Notes: generated by a model from the sequence alone, not told the origin. A stretch of 64,000 nt of DNA from Cyanophyceae cyanobacterium (GCA_050331735.1 JBHJGN010000011.1:32001-96000), one strand, 5' to 3'; shown: positions 50,671-61,769, counted from the stretch's first letter. Translations and numbers: made by a program.

Positions 50671-51534
50671 ATGACGATCCGAGATTGTGTTAAACCCATA
50701 GTCATATATTCGCCAGAAAGTAAAATCAAGCACCCCAAGTTGCTTTTTAGAGCGATGATCAGAGATTTACTGACTTCTAGAGGCTTAGCTTGGCAATTAA
50801 TGATACGAGACATCAAAGCTCAATATCGTCAATCTTTCCTGGGTATAGTGTGGGCGTTTATACCACCAATTTTTATGGCATTAGGATTTACTTTAGCAAA
50901 ACAATCTAACGTTATTTCTATTGGGGCAACTCCCATGCCCTATCCCGCTTACGTAATGTTTAGTACGGCGCTTTGGCAAACTTTTGTTGAAGCTTTACAT
51001 GGTCCAGTCCAAGCTTTAACCCAAGCAAAGCCGATGCTGGCTAGAATTAATTTTCCGAGAGAGGCCATTATTCTCAGCAAACTCGGTGAAGTTGGATTTA
51101 ACTTTGGAATCAAGCTCATTTTGATAATCGGTTTATTTATCTGGTTTGACGTTGCAGTAAACTGGACGATCGTGTTAGCCCCTGTCGCCCTCATCCACTT
51201 AGTAATGTTGGGCACTCTTGTGGGAGTATTACTAGCTCCCTTGGGAATTTTGTATCAAGACGTTTCTAAGGGAATGAGTATGATTACTAGTTTTTGGTTA
51301 TTCATTACTCCTGTTGTTTATCCTGTCCCCTCCTCGGGTATTTTCGCCGTTCTAGTCAAGTTTAATGTAGTAACTCCTTTATTAGTCACGACGAGGGAAC
51401 TAGCCACAACTGGAACTTTAACCCAGGCGACAGGTTTTTGGCTAGTGAGTGCGCTCACCTTCACTGGATTATTGGTAACTTGGGTTTTCTTACGTTTAGC
51501 GATGCCGTTTGCTATCGAAAGAGTTAGTTCATAA
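50671..51534 (+). CDS. Polysaccharide ABC transporter permease (Wzm)
   Basis: RDIKAQYRQSFLGIVW, INFPRE and FITPVVYP. Confidence 0.9.
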   Translation: MTIRDCVKPIVIYSPESKIKHPKLLFRAMIRDLLTSRGLAWQLMIRDIKAQYRQSFLGIVWAFIPPIFMALGFTLAKQSNVISIGATPMPYPAYVMFSTALWQTFVEALHGPVQALTQAKPMLARINFPREAIILSKLGEVGFNFGIKLILIIGLFIWFDVAVNWTIVLAPVALIHLVMLGTLVGVLLAPLGILYQDVSKGMSMITSFWLFITPVVYPVPSSGIFAVLVKFNVVTPLLVTTRELATTGTLTQATGFWLVSALTFTGLLVTWVFLRLAMPFAIERVSS

Positions 51535-51625
51535 AATGCTTTAACTAAACGAGGCTTATGTAACAGTTGTTATGAGTTGCTAGCTACTCTCTCCAGTCAA
51601 CTTGCCGTATTAAGGACACTAATCA

Positions 51626-52942
51626 ATGGTTTTTAAATCTCAAACAGCTATCGGAGATAAGCCAAGCCAAACAGAAAATATCGTTATTTCAGTAGAAAAC
51701 GTTTCTAAAAAATTTTGCCGAAACTTAAAATACTCTTTGTTCTATGGCGTTAAAGATATTGCCGCAGAAATGCTGGGCAAATCTCGCCACAGTGATTCCC
51801 TACGTCCTCAAGAATTCTGGGCATTGAAAGACGTTAGTTTTCAGTTGAAGCGGGGTGAAGCATTAGGATTAATCGGTGCCAATGGAGCCGGAAAAAGCAC
51901 CCTGCTACGGATTATTAGTGGCTTAATTAATCCCGACACCGGCTTGGTTAAAGTTAGCGGTAGGGTCGCTCCCTTAATTGCTTTAAGTGCCGGTTTTAAT
52001 CCTATCCTTACAGGGAGAGAAAACATCTACGCCAATATGTCGATTTTAGGTTTAGCTAAATCACAAATAGACAAAGTTTTTGACTCTGTGGTTGATTTTG
52101 CCGAACTTTGGGAGGCGATCGATGCCCCCGTACAGACCTATAGTTCAGGGATGTCAGCGAGATTAGGTTTTGCTTGTGCAATTCATGTTGAACCAGAAAT
52201 TTTACTGATTGATGAGGTTTTATCAGTTGGCGATATCGAATTTAGGATGAAATGTCATCAAAGGCTAGCAAAACTGCGAGAGAAGGGAACAGCTTTTGTG
52301 TTGGTTTCCCATAATTCCCACAGTATTTTGAATATCTGCGATTCCTCAATTTATTTGCAGAAAGGTCAACTCATTGCCTCTGGTACAACCGAATCAGTCA
52401 TCGCTAAATACGAAGAAGATCTCGCGTATAGTACAGCCGAAAAACTAGAGAATAAATCAATTCTTAAATTGCCCGCTAAGTCTTCAGCAGACAGTTCTGG
52501 CTTAGACATCTTAGCGGTATTCTTTCGCGACTGCCAAGAAAATATTGTAGATAATCCTTTCTCTGGTCAACCGATCGCTTTATGTGTTCAATGTAAATCT
52601 GGCCGACACATTGATAATCTCAATTTGGGAGTTAAAGTGAGGAAGATTTTAGGAGAACAAGATTTAGTTTTGTATCTCACTGCTGCTAGCGATCGCTGTC
52701 TTCTCGCAGTGTCTCCAGGTATCGTAGAAATTCGCATTAATATGCCCTATTGTGGTTTGGCTCCTGGTAAATACACATCTCGGATTTATCTGAGAAGTGG
52801 AGTCTGCTCCTTCGATATCATTGAGTCTTTTCGGTTTACGGTTAAAACAGCCGAAGTTATTAGTCAATGCTTGTTTTATCAACCTCGAACTTGGGACGTG
52901 GTATCAGCGCCGTCTCTCAAGTTTATTAGCAATCCTAAATGA
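51626..52942 (+). CDS. Polysaccharide ABC transporter ATPase (Wzt) with C-terminal extension
   Basis: FWALKDVSF, GANGAGKST, YSSGM.ARLGF and IDEVLSVGD; Wzt_C-like tail. Confidence 0.92.
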   Translation: MVFKSQTAIGDKPSQTENIVISVENVSKKFCRNLKYSLFYGVKDIAAEMLGKSRHSDSLRPQEFWALKDVSFQLKRGEALGLIGANGAGKSTLLRIISGLINPDTGLVKVSGRVAPLIALSAGFNPILTGRENIYANMSILGLAKSQIDKVFDSVVDFAELWEAIDAPVQTYSSGMSARLGFACAIHVEPEILLIDEVLSVGDIEFRMKCHQRLAKLREKGTAFVLVSHNSHSILNICDSSIYLQKGQLIASGTTESVIAKYEEDLAYSTAEKLENKSILKLPAKSSADSSGLDILAVFFRDCQENIVDNPFSGQPIALCVQCKSGRHIDNLNLGVKVRKILGEQDLVLYLTAASDRCLLAVSPGIVEIRINMPYCGLAPGKYTSRIYLRSGVCSFDIIESFRFTVKTAEVISQCLFYQPRTWDVVSAPSLKFISNPK

Positions 52943-53009
52943 TTTATGAGAATTTCTCCTGCCTCAAAACGAAAAACTCTGTACCTCATCAAGATGAGAA
53001 CTTCTATAC

Positions 53010-54329
53010 ATGAGCAATTTATTAACTACTGACTCTCAAAAAAAAGCTAGTTTTAAAATTGCTGTTATTGTCGGTAAATTTCCCGTTCTTTCAGAAACTT
53101 TTATCCTCAATCAGATCGGGGGGTTGCTTGAGCGAGGGCATCAGGTTGATATTTATGCTTTAGAAGGGTATTCAGGCGAAAAAAAAGTTCATCCGATTGT
53201 AAGTCACTATCAACTACTAGAGCGAGCCAGGTATGTTGCCTCCGTTCCCGACAATTTCGGCTGTCGCTGCTTAAAAGCTTTACAGTTATTTATCCTTAAA
53301 GGTTGGAAAAAACCTTTGACGATTCTAAAATCTCTGAATGTTTTGAAATACGGTAAGCAAGCGGCATCCTTGCGTCTTTTCTATAGTACAACCGCGTTTC
53401 TAGAGCAACGGAATTACGATATCGTTCACTGTCAATTTGGTGTTTATGCCGTGCAGGGTAAATATCCTGAAGACCCCGGCGTTTTAGTCTTGCGATCGCT
53501 AGGCTTGCTGCGGGGAAAACTAATTACTGCCTTTCGCGGTTGGGATATTAGCTGGTACGTTAAACAACAGGGCGAAGATGTCTACACTCAATTATTTCAA
53601 CTCGGTGATTTCTTTCTCACTAACTGCCACTTCTTTGGCGATCGCGTCATTAAACTAGGCTGTCAGCCTGAAAAGGTCGCCGTTCTGGGTTCTGGTATTG
53701 ATTTAGCTAAATTTGTCTATAAACCTCGTCAGTTTCCTGCTGATGGTCAGGTGCGCTTAGCCACAACCGGACGTTTAGTTGAAAAAAAAGGGATTGAATA
53801 TAGTATCCGTGCTGTTGCGACTCTGATCGAGCAGTACCCAAATATCGAGTACAACATCATCGGTGATGGCTGCTTACGCCAAGAATTACAGCAACTGATC
53901 GCCGATTTGGGAATCGGCAACCACGTCAAACTCTTAGGGTGGCGACAGCAAGGGGAAATTATCAGGATTCTAGATCGTTCTCATCTCTTTCTGGCTCCCT
54001 GCGTGACGGCACAGGATGGCAACCAAGATGCCCCAGTAAACACTTTAAAAGAGGCCATGCTGATGGGATTACCTGTCATTTCGACCAATCACGGAGGCAT
54101 CCCAGAGTTAGTACAGGATGGGGTGTCGGGGTATCTAGTGCCAGAAAGAGACGCTCAGGCGATCGCCGATCGATTGCAGTATCTTCTACAAAATTCCCAG
54201 CTTTGGCCAGTCCTAGGACAACAAGGCAGACAAGCTGTGGAACAGCACTACGATATCAATCAATTAAACGATGAATTAGTCAGCATTTATCATCAGGTAC
54301 AGCGATCTTATCCCATTTACCGAAAGTAG
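53010..54329 (+). CDS. WcaL-like GT4 glycosyltransferase
   Basis: FPVLSETFILNQI, GRLVEKKG and DGNQDAPVNTLKEAM...HGGIPE. Confidence 0.88.
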   Translation: MSNLLTTDSQKKASFKIAVIVGKFPVLSETFILNQIGGLLERGHQVDIYALEGYSGEKKVHPIVSHYQLLERARYVASVPDNFGCRCLKALQLFILKGWKKPLTILKSLNVLKYGKQAASLRLFYSTTAFLEQRNYDIVHCQFGVYAVQGKYPEDPGVLVLRSLGLLRGKLITAFRGWDISWYVKQQGEDVYTQLFQLGDFFLTNCHFFGDRVIKLGCQPEKVAVLGSGIDLAKFVYKPRQFPADGQVRLATTGRLVEKKGIEYSIRAVATLIEQYPNIEYNIIGDGCLRQELQQLIADLGIGNHVKLLGWRQQGEIIRILDRSHLFLAPCVTAQDGNQDAPVNTLKEAMLMGLPVISTNHGGIPELVQDGVSGYLVPERDAQAIADRLQYLLQNSQLWPVLGQQGRQAVEQHYDINQLNDELVSIYHQVQRSYPIYRK

Positions 54330-54367
54330 TCAGATAGTTCCTTAGACTAACCAGGAATTGGAGGTTC

Positions 54368-54422
54368 AAGGGCAAAGAGCTGCTGTGCTTCCCTTTACCC
54401 TTGACCCCTTCCCCTTTCCCCC
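54368..54422. repeat. Short module-free relative (copy K) of the heptamer repeat
   Basis: AAGGGCAAAG followed by TTCCCTT TACCCTT GACCCCT TCCCCTT TCCCCC heptamers without mini-hairpins. Confidence 0.5.
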
Positions 54423-54586
54423 AACTCATCAAGTCTCCTATTACTTTTTCTAATTGGTATTAAATTCCCTCAGCCAAAGGATTTTCAAAACGAAACCCGA
54501 TCCCTTTTCTTAAATTTGCCGGACACAGCTATTAACAGCAAACAAGGATATCAATTTGTTCCTCATGAATCTGAGAGTGGCTAGAG

Positions 54587-56197
54587 ATGAACAAAATTAA
54601 TCGCCGCACAACGTCACGCCCTAGGGATGAAAAACAGTCCAAGGATCGCTTCCCCATTTTTGGCATTTTTTATCTGACCGCCTTGCATCTAGAAATATCC
54701 CAGGGCTGGAAATCTCCTGCAATAGGTTTGGTGAGTTTGGTTTTATTACTGGTAATTGTTTATAGTAAAATCAATCTTTTAAAGTTTTGCTTGTTTATTG
54801 TTCTAGATACGGCTTATTACTTATTCTTTCACTTCCCGGAAGTTGCTAATCACGTCAACTTAATTATTTTTTGTAACCTGAGTATGCTCTGCGTCGCTAT
54901 CTATAGCTGGCTCAGTCCTTCTCGCTCTCTAGAACAGTATTACCAGGCGATCGCCTCACCGTTAAGAATGTCGCTCATCGTCGTTTATATTGGCGCGGGA
55001 TTTCACAAACTCAATCAAGATTTTCTTAACCCTTATGTTTCCTGTTCTCACTCTATGTTGGCAGAGATTATTGAGATGTTATCTTCTACCCTTGTTAGAA
55101 TTCCAATCTTGCTCATTCTCGGTGCGATCTCACTGCTTTTTATTAAAAAAATCATCCCCAAAAACTGGGTTAGAAAGGGTCGCGGCAGTAAATTTTTCTT
55201 GATCAGCTTAGGACTTCTAGTTGCTTTAATAACGTTTGTAGGAGCAATATACTACTTTAATAAAGCTCACCTATTTTTTTTAACATTTGTCTTAGCAACT
55301 TCAATGATGGTGCTATTTTGGGAATTACTGGGGGGAATGCTGCTATTTTTTCCTCGCTGGCAGGCAAGTATGTTTTTCTTGTCGATGTTGATGCACCTCA
55401 TTTTGTCTCCCATTGGTTTTGTTGACTTTGGCTCTTTAGCCTTTGCCCTTTGGCTAACTTTTATTCCCAATCACTACTGGCTGCTGAGCGAAACAATTAA
55501 TATTCCGCTGGTTGCATCAGTCGATCGTTCCTTATTCTATGTCTCGATCAATGTATTCGGTGGCTTAATTGGAGAAATTTACTATTTTGTCAATCCCAAC
55601 TTCAACCTGCAAGCGTTTATTGGGATTTTATTTATCGCCTCAGTCTTCATCGTGATTGCTCCTCTCGTTAAAAAACTACTGGCTGATCCTCATTCATGGC
55701 AAGGCGTTAGAGTCATTAACAGTAAAATGCCAAAATTCATGTATCTCTTCGTCGCAGCACTGATTATCTACGCAGCAACTTCCTATTTAGGACTGCGCAC
55801 GGCGGGAAATTTTTCCATGTTTAGCAATCTGCGTACAGAAGGAGAAACTAGTAACCACCTATTGCTCAGTCATCACCCTTTCAAAATCTGGAACTATCAA
55901 GAAGATGTTGTAAAAGTGATCGAGATTGACGATCGCAAAGCCAAAGTCGGCCATAAATATCGTCCTCTTAAAGACCATTACTTACCTGTCGTTGAATTTA
56001 GAAAACTAATTTACAAATGGACCCAAGCCGGATATACAGTTCCCCTTGTCTTTGAGTATGGCGATCGCACTTATAGGACTGCCGATATTGTGAACGATCC
56101 CGTATGGCGCACTCCCAAACGGAATTGGGAAATGGCGTTAATGGATTTTCGCGTTATCCAACCCGACAACGGCGAGCCTAATTACTGTCGCTGGTAA
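54587..56197 (+). CDS. Polytopic membrane protein, possibly HTTM-domain-like
   Basis: More than 10 hydrophobic segments; AGFHKLN.DF....SC and YLGLRTAGNFSMFSNLRTE. Confidence 0.55.
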   Translation: MNKINRRTTSRPRDEKQSKDRFPIFGIFYLTALHLEISQGWKSPAIGLVSLVLLLVIVYSKINLLKFCLFIVLDTAYYLFFHFPEVANHVNLIIFCNLSMLCVAIYSWLSPSRSLEQYYQAIASPLRMSLIVVYIGAGFHKLNQDFLNPYVSCSHSMLAEIIEMLSSTLVRIPILLILGAISLLFIKKIIPKNWVRKGRGSKFFLISLGLLVALITFVGAIYYFNKAHLFFLTFVLATSMMVLFWELLGGMLLFFPRWQASMFFLSMLMHLILSPIGFVDFGSLAFALWLTFIPNHYWLLSETINIPLVASVDRSLFYVSINVFGGLIGEIYYFVNPNFNLQAFIGILFIASVFIVIAPLVKKLLADPHSWQGVRVINSKMPKFMYLFVAALIIYAATSYLGLRTAGNFSMFSNLRTEGETSNHLLLSHHPFKIWNYQEDVVKVIEIDDRKAKVGHKYRPLKDHYLPVVEFRKLIYKWTQAGYTVPLVFEYGDRTYRTADIVNDPVWRTPKRNWEMALMDFRVIQPDNGEPNYCRW

Positions 56198-56207
56198 TTG
56201 AAGTCAG

Positions 56208-57683
56208 GTGTTAATGAACAGCAATCACTTACCCAAACCCCACCGTCGTCAATTTATTATCGGTCCATCGCCCTTATCTATCCATGAAAATTGGCAGTAT
56301 CGGTCATTAAATAATGGTTGGATTTCCTATTGTCCGGAACTAAGAATCAGTTGGAGTAAAGATCGCAATGGAATAGAGTGGGGATTGATCGGGTTAGCAG
56401 TAGAAACCCGCTCAGCAATTGACCCTAAGGAGCAAATTTCCCAGGCAACAACGGCGCAGGTTATTCACCGTTACGCTAGCTGGGCTGGACGGTGGTTATT
56501 AGTTGGAAATCGAGAGATCCATTTAGATGCCAATGGTTTGTTGGGCTGTTTTTATGGAATGCAATCGGCAGATTGGGTATCTAGTAGTCCGGCGTTAATT
56601 TCACAGGCTCTTAAAACCGCTGCTAAAGACGAGCGCTGTTTGAAGTATGGTCAAGGAATTTCTTGGTATACCCCGCCCTACTCAGGTTTCAAACAGATTA
56701 ACAGACTTTTGCCCAGTCAAATTCTTAACTTCACCACAGGCGAAATCAGCCCTCGCCCCTTAATGCCCAAGATTGATCAGAGTAACGTTAAACAAACGAT
56801 TACTTTAGTTAAAGAAACGTTAGTAACCGCCCTCCAAAACCTAGGCACTCAACAGCAGCCCCTCTGGTTAGGGTTAACTGCGGGGTACGACTCCCGTTTG
56901 ATGCTGGCGATCGCCCGCCAAGCCAACATCAAATTTACGACCTTTACAAGAGTGGCGGAGCGTATGTCTGTAGCCGATCGGATCTTACCTCCCAAGCTAG
57001 CCAAGCAGTGCCAAGTTCCTCATCTGTTTCTGCGTCACAAACCTCCCCCAGAACAACTAGCCAGAAAGCAGCTAGTCCAGCAACACTGTGCTAGTCATGT
57101 TTCTCCAGGAGATGCCGAGCCTTTTGTGATGAGAGTGCGGGAAGGTTTAGCGGGAATTTCCTTTGGCGGACACGGCTGGGCGATCGCCAGTGGGTTTCAT
57201 ACTCTGCGCCAGTTGCCCAAAAACTTTGCCTCTCCCCACGAAGGAGCGCTACAGATAGCAAAATTATTTAACGAACCTGCCCACTCCTCAGCCGTCGCTG
57301 GAATGATGACCTGGTTAACTTGGGTCCAGTCCCATCCCCAACCCGATTTAGACTGGCGTGATCGCTTTTTTCTCGAACAACGACAGGCTGGCTGGCTAAG
57401 CAGCAAAGAGCAAGTGTACGATTTGACATCCCTCACGCGATTTCCGATTCTCAATGCTGCTCGCACCTATGCTCTCTTACTCAGCATTCCTGAAGCCCAA
57501 AGGCTCGGTTCACTGGTCCAAATCGCCCTCCTCGAACAACTCGCTCCAGAATTACTCACCTATCCTTTTAATCCTCCTGATGATTCTTTCCCGCGTTGGC
57601 TCAAAGTAGCGGTCAAAATGCGGGATCGTCCTCAATATTTATCCTGGTGGATTAAACAGAAATTGTCATTCGCCAAGTGCTAG
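56208..57683 (+). CDS. Asparagine synthetase-like (PP-loop) protein
   Basis: HLDANGL, LGLTAGYDSRL (PP-loop-like) and DRFFLEQRQAGW. Confidence 0.55.
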   Translation: MLMNSNHLPKPHRRQFIIGPSPLSIHENWQYRSLNNGWISYCPELRISWSKDRNGIEWGLIGLAVETRSAIDPKEQISQATTAQVIHRYASWAGRWLLVGNREIHLDANGLLGCFYGMQSADWVSSSPALISQALKTAAKDERCLKYGQGISWYTPPYSGFKQINRLLPSQILNFTTGEISPRPLMPKIDQSNVKQTITLVKETLVTALQNLGTQQQPLWLGLTAGYDSRLMLAIARQANIKFTTFTRVAERMSVADRILPPKLAKQCQVPHLFLRHKPPPEQLARKQLVQQHCASHVSPGDAEPFVMRVREGLAGISFGGHGWAIASGFHTLRQLPKNFASPHEGALQIAKLFNEPAHSSAVAGMMTWLTWVQSHPQPDLDWRDRFFLEQRQAGWLSSKEQVYDLTSLTRFPILNAARTYALLLSIPEAQRLGSLVQIALLEQLAPELLTYPFNPPDDSFPRWLKVAVKMRDRPQYLSWWIKQKLSFAKC

Positions 57684-57782
57684 CGTTTAGGAAACCTTTA
57701 ATCAACGGAGCGAGCAATTTTGAACTCTTGTCCATTAAGATTGTTCAGAACAACGCATTCACCGTTCGGAATTTATCAGGAC

Positions 57783-60263
57783 ATGATCTCGCCGATTTCC
57801 CGCCCACAAATCCCCTCCTGTGCCTGGAAACGCTCTCTTGGCTTAGGGTGGGACAACCCCTATACGGTACGCCGAGCAGATAACCTCGATGACGGTCCTT
57901 GGCACGGCATGCCCCTCGGAGGCTTTGGAGCAGGATGTATCGGGCGATCGCCGCGAGGAGATTTCAACCTCTGGCATCTCGACGGTGGCGAACATATCTT
58001 TCGCTCGCTTCCGGCCTGTCAGTTTAGCGTATTTGAGCAGCCAGAGGGGGGACCGGCTCAAGCCTACGCCCTGTGTACTGAGCCGCCCACCGATGGAACC
58101 TTGTCCCGCTGGGCCTGGTATCCTCCTGGGCAGGGAACCTACGCCGCTCTCTACCCCCGGAGCTGGTTTGAGTACACAGGAGTGTTTCAAACCGAGCTAA
58201 CCTGCACTCAATTTTCTCCCGTCTGGGCAAATTGCTACCAGGAAACTAGCTATCCTGTCGCGGTATTTGAATGGACCGCCCACAATCCCACCGAGCGACC
58301 GATTACTCTCAGCATCATGCTGACGTGGCAAAATACGGTCGGGTGGTTTACCAACGCGATTAAATCTCCCCAGATACGGGTGCGCGACGATGGCAGTCCC
58401 GAATACGACTATCAGCCCCGCTGGGGAGACAGCACCGGAAATTTCAATCAGTGGATTGTTGACAATTACCGCGTTGGCTGCCTGCTCAATCGAGTCCAGC
58501 TTCACGAGCAGATTCAGGAGGGAGAAGGACAAATCGCCCTTGCCAGCGTCACAAATCCGAGCGTAGAAACGTTCTACTTAAGCCGCTGGAATCCTCAAGG
58601 AGAAGGCGGCGAGGTCTGGGACTCCTTTGCCGCCAACGGCTCGCTACCGGATCGAGAAGATGAAACCCCTGCCGCCCCGGTCGAACAAATTGCGGCGGCG
58701 ATCGCCCTGCGGTTAACGATTCGCCCCGGTAAAACCCGTAAAATTCCGTTTATCCTCGCCTGGGATTTTCCGATTACCGAATTTGCCCCCGGAGTGCAAT
58801 ACTATCGTCGCTACACCGATTTCTTCGGTCGTTCGGGTCAGAATGCCTGGTCAGTGGTCAAGACGGCTCTCAAGCACAGCGACCTCTGGCAAGAACGGAT
58901 TGAAGCTTGGCAAACCCCCATTTTGCAGCAGAAGCTCCCAGACTGGTTGAAAATGGCGCTGTTTAATGAGCTGTATCTCCTCACCGACGGCGGCACTCTC
59001 TGGACCGCCGCTACTGAAGCCGATCCGGTGGGTCAGTTTGGTGTGCTAGAGTGCCTCGACTACCGCTGGTACGAAAGCCTCGATGTGCGGCTTTATGGTT
59101 CATTTGCCCTAGCCATGCTGTGGCCGAAGCTAGATAAAGCCGTCTTAGAAGCCTTTGCCAGAGCCATTCCGACTGGCGACGCGACTCCCCGCACCATCGG
59201 CTACAATGGAGCCACCGCCATTCGTAAAGCGGCTGGGGCCACTCCCCACGACCTCGGGGCCCCCAACGAGCATCCCTGGGAGAAAACCAACTACACCAGC
59301 TACCAAGACTGCAATCAGTGGAAAGACTTGGCCTGCGATTTTGTGCTTCAGGTTTATCGAGACTTCGTGTTTACCGGAGCGCAGGACACCGAGTTCCTTT
59401 GGGAATGCTGGTCGGCGATTACCCAAAGCCTCGACTACCTCCAACAGTTTGACCGCGATGGCGATGGCATTCCCGAAAATTCAGGAGCACCCGATCAAAC
59501 CTTTGATGACTGGCGCTTACAGGGAGTGAGTGCCTACTGCGGGGGCTTGTGGATTGCGGCCCTCGAAGCCGCTGTGGCGATCGCCTCTGTGTTGCTCGAC
59601 CACCCACCCCAAAACCCGCAACACCAGCCGGACAACTATCCTCATGCTGTACAGGCAGCCGTCACCACCTATCAAGGCTGGCTAGCAGAAGCCAGAAAGA
59701 TCTATCAAACATTGTGGAATGGCCAATACTACCGTCTCGATAGCCGCAGTGGTTCGGAGGTTGTCATGGCCGATCAGCTCTGCGGTCAGTTCTATACGCA
59801 AACGTTAGGACTCCCTAACGTAGTAGAACGCAAGTATGCAGAAGCGGCGCTGCGGGAAATTTACAATGCCTGCTTTCTCAAGTTCAACGACGGCAACCTA
59901 GGAGCAGCTAATGGCCTGATGAGCGATGGGTCTCCAGAAAACCCTAACGCCACTCATCCTTTGGAAGTGTGGACAGGCATTAACTTTGGTTTAGCGGCAT
60001 TCATGATTCAGATGGGAATGAAAGACGAGGCGTTTACCCTTGCCCAAGCCGTTGTTCAGCAAATTTACGACCGTGGTTTACAGTTCCGCACTCCCGAAGC
60101 CATTACCGCCGTCGGCACGTTCCGTGCCTCCCACTACCTACGGGCGATGGCAATTTGGAGCATTTATCAAGCTTTAACTTCTCTGTCGCTCCGCGACGGG
60201 AAAAGGGGAAGCGCCTGCGGCGCGGGGGAAAGGGAAAAGGGGAAGGGGGAAAGGGAGGGTTAG
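57783..60263 (+). CDS. GH116 beta-glucosidase / glucosylceramidase-like
   Basis: GMPLGGFGAG, LECLDYRWYESLDV, PHDLG, PDQTFDDW, EVWTG, FRTPEA and YLRAMAIW. The last ~26 aa are read from repeat copy H. Confidence 0.92.
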   Translation: MISPISRPQIPSCAWKRSLGLGWDNPYTVRRADNLDDGPWHGMPLGGFGAGCIGRSPRGDFNLWHLDGGEHIFRSLPACQFSVFEQPEGGPAQAYALCTEPPTDGTLSRWAWYPPGQGTYAALYPRSWFEYTGVFQTELTCTQFSPVWANCYQETSYPVAVFEWTAHNPTERPITLSIMLTWQNTVGWFTNAIKSPQIRVRDDGSPEYDYQPRWGDSTGNFNQWIVDNYRVGCLLNRVQLHEQIQEGEGQIALASVTNPSVETFYLSRWNPQGEGGEVWDSFAANGSLPDREDETPAAPVEQIAAAIALRLTIRPGKTRKIPFILAWDFPITEFAPGVQYYRRYTDFFGRSGQNAWSVVKTALKHSDLWQERIEAWQTPILQQKLPDWLKMALFNELYLLTDGGTLWTAATEADPVGQFGVLECLDYRWYESLDVRLYGSFALAMLWPKLDKAVLEAFARAIPTGDATPRTIGYNGATAIRKAAGATPHDLGAPNEHPWEKTNYTSYQDCNQWKDLACDFVLQVYRDFVFTGAQDTEFLWECWSAITQSLDYLQQFDRDGDGIPENSGAPDQTFDDWRLQGVSAYCGGLWIAALEAAVAIASVLLDHPPQNPQHQPDNYPHAVQAAVTTYQGWLAEARKIYQTLWNGQYYRLDSRSGSEVVMADQLCGQFYTQTLGLPNVVERKYAEAALREIYNACFLKFNDGNLGAANGLMSDGSPENPNATHPLEVWTGINFGLAAFMIQMGMKDEAFTLAQAVVQQIYDRGLQFRTPEAITAVGTFRASHYLRAMAIWSIYQALTSLSLRDGKRGSACGAGEREKGKGEREG

Positions 60264-60360
60264 AAAGTTTGTTCCTTAGTCCTGTGTTCTTTCCCCGTCC
60301 CGCCAGGGACAGATTTCCCTTTCCCCCTTCCCCGTCCCGCCAGGGACAGTTTCCCCGTTC
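60185..60360 (-). repeat. Full copy H of the composite repeat
   Basis: GTCGC-TCC-GCGAC, GCGCC-TGC-GGCGC, G heptamers, core GTTAGAAAGTTTGTTCCTTAGTCCTGTGTTC and GTCCC-GCCA-GGGAC twice. Confidence 0.92.
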
Positions 60361-60815
60361 CAAACTTAACTTTTCATCAAGACTGTACTCTATAATGCAT
60401 TTACTTTTGAATAGCCTTGATAATCTAAAGCGGTTAGAAAAATCCTGCTGTCTCTACAATGGAACTACTGACTTTGTCAAATTGTGCCAACAAGCTCTGA
60501 AGAGTAACCTTCTCAAGTAACTTTACAAAAGTTCATTAACTACTATATATTGGGTAAGATTCAAAGCCAATCAAGCAGCAATCAACCTAACAAAAGAAAG
60601 AGGCTGAGCAAAATAGAGCGGTTTTTGAAAAGCGTGAGGGGCATCATGTAGTCGTCGTAAAGTTACTGGTCATTGGCCATCAACAAATAACTAGTCTGTC
60701 AGCCTGTCCCTTCAGCTAACAAACAACAGCGACAAATTTAAGCTCGACCATCCACTCCCTTACTTTTGCAGTTTCCTCTCACCACACCAACCCCGTTACG
60801 ATTGGACTCCACGTC

Positions 60816-61769
60816 ATGAAAACTGAAAGAAATACTGACACGGTTCGGCTCTATTTGAAGGAGATCGGTCGCGTTCCTCTGCTGACTCATGAGGAGGAAA
60901 TTCTCTACGCTAAGCAGGTACAGCGGCTCATTGCCCTGGAAAACCTTAGAGATTCCCTTCAGGAAAATCTGGGAACAGAACCGACTCACAGCCAGTGGGC
61001 AGAGGCAGCTCAGATGACTGAAGCTCAATTGCTCTCTAGTATTCAGGCTGGTCAGGTATCAAAGCGGAAGATGATTGAGGCCAACCTGCGGTTAGTAGTA
61101 TCGGTTGCTAAAAAATATCTCAAGCGCAATCTCGATCTGCTGGACTTAATTCAAGAAGGGACGATTGGAATGCAGCGAGGCGTTGAGAAGTTTGACCCGA
61201 CCAAAGGCTATCGGTTTTCTACCTATGCCTACTGGTGGATACGCCAGGCGATTACGAGAGCGATCGCTGAAAAAAGCCGTACCATTCGTCTGCCCATTCA
61301 CATCACCGAAAAACTCAACAAAATCAAAAAAGCCCAGCGGCAGATCTCCCAAGAAAAAGGGCGAGCCGCTACCGTGGCAGAACTGGCTCAGGAGCTAGAT
61401 TTATCTCCTAAACAGGTTCGGGAATACCTTGAAAGAGCCCGTCAGCCTCTTTCCCTAGATTTAAGAGTCGGAGAAAACAGCGATACAGAACTAGGAGAAC
61501 TGCTCGAAGACACCGAGCAATCACCAGAAGACTACGTAGCCCACTCTTCCCTACAGCTCGATCTCCAAGAACTCATGGTCGATCTCACCCCCCAACAGCG
61601 GGAAGTTCTGACCCTACGCTACGGATTAACCGACGGCAAGCCGCTGACCCTAGCCAAAATTGGAGCCAGGCTCAATATCAGTCGCGAGCGAGTGCGGCAG
61701 ATAGAAAGAGAAGCCATTTTAAAGCTTCGCAAACGCAAAGCAGATATGAGGGAATATTTGGCGAGTTAA
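60816..61769 (+). CDS. sigD: Group 2 RNA polymerase sigma factor (SigD-like)
   Basis: [39 protein letters not shown] and SRERVRQIE; no region 1.1. The sigma call is secure; the SigD subtype is less so. Confidence 0.75.
   Translation: MKTERNTDTVRLYLKEIGRVPLLTHEEEILYAKQVQRLIALENLRDSLQENLGTEPTHSQWAEAAQMTEAQLLSSIQAGQVSKRKMIEANLRLVVSVAKKYLKRNLDLLDLIQEGTIGMQRGVEKFDPTKGYRFSTYAYWWIRQAITRAIAEKSRTIRLPIHITEKLNKIKKAQRQISQEKGRAATVAELAQELDLSPKQVREYLERARQPLSLDLRVGENSDTELGELLEDTEQSPEDYVAHSSLQLDLQELMVDLTPQQREVLTLRYGLTDGKPLTLAKIGARLNISRERVRQIEREAILKLRKRKADMREYLAS

Noticed and set aside
60500..60545. Possible RpaB HLR1 site upstream of the sigD-like gene
   Set aside because: Only one good half-site (TTTACAAA); no matching second half at the required spacing.
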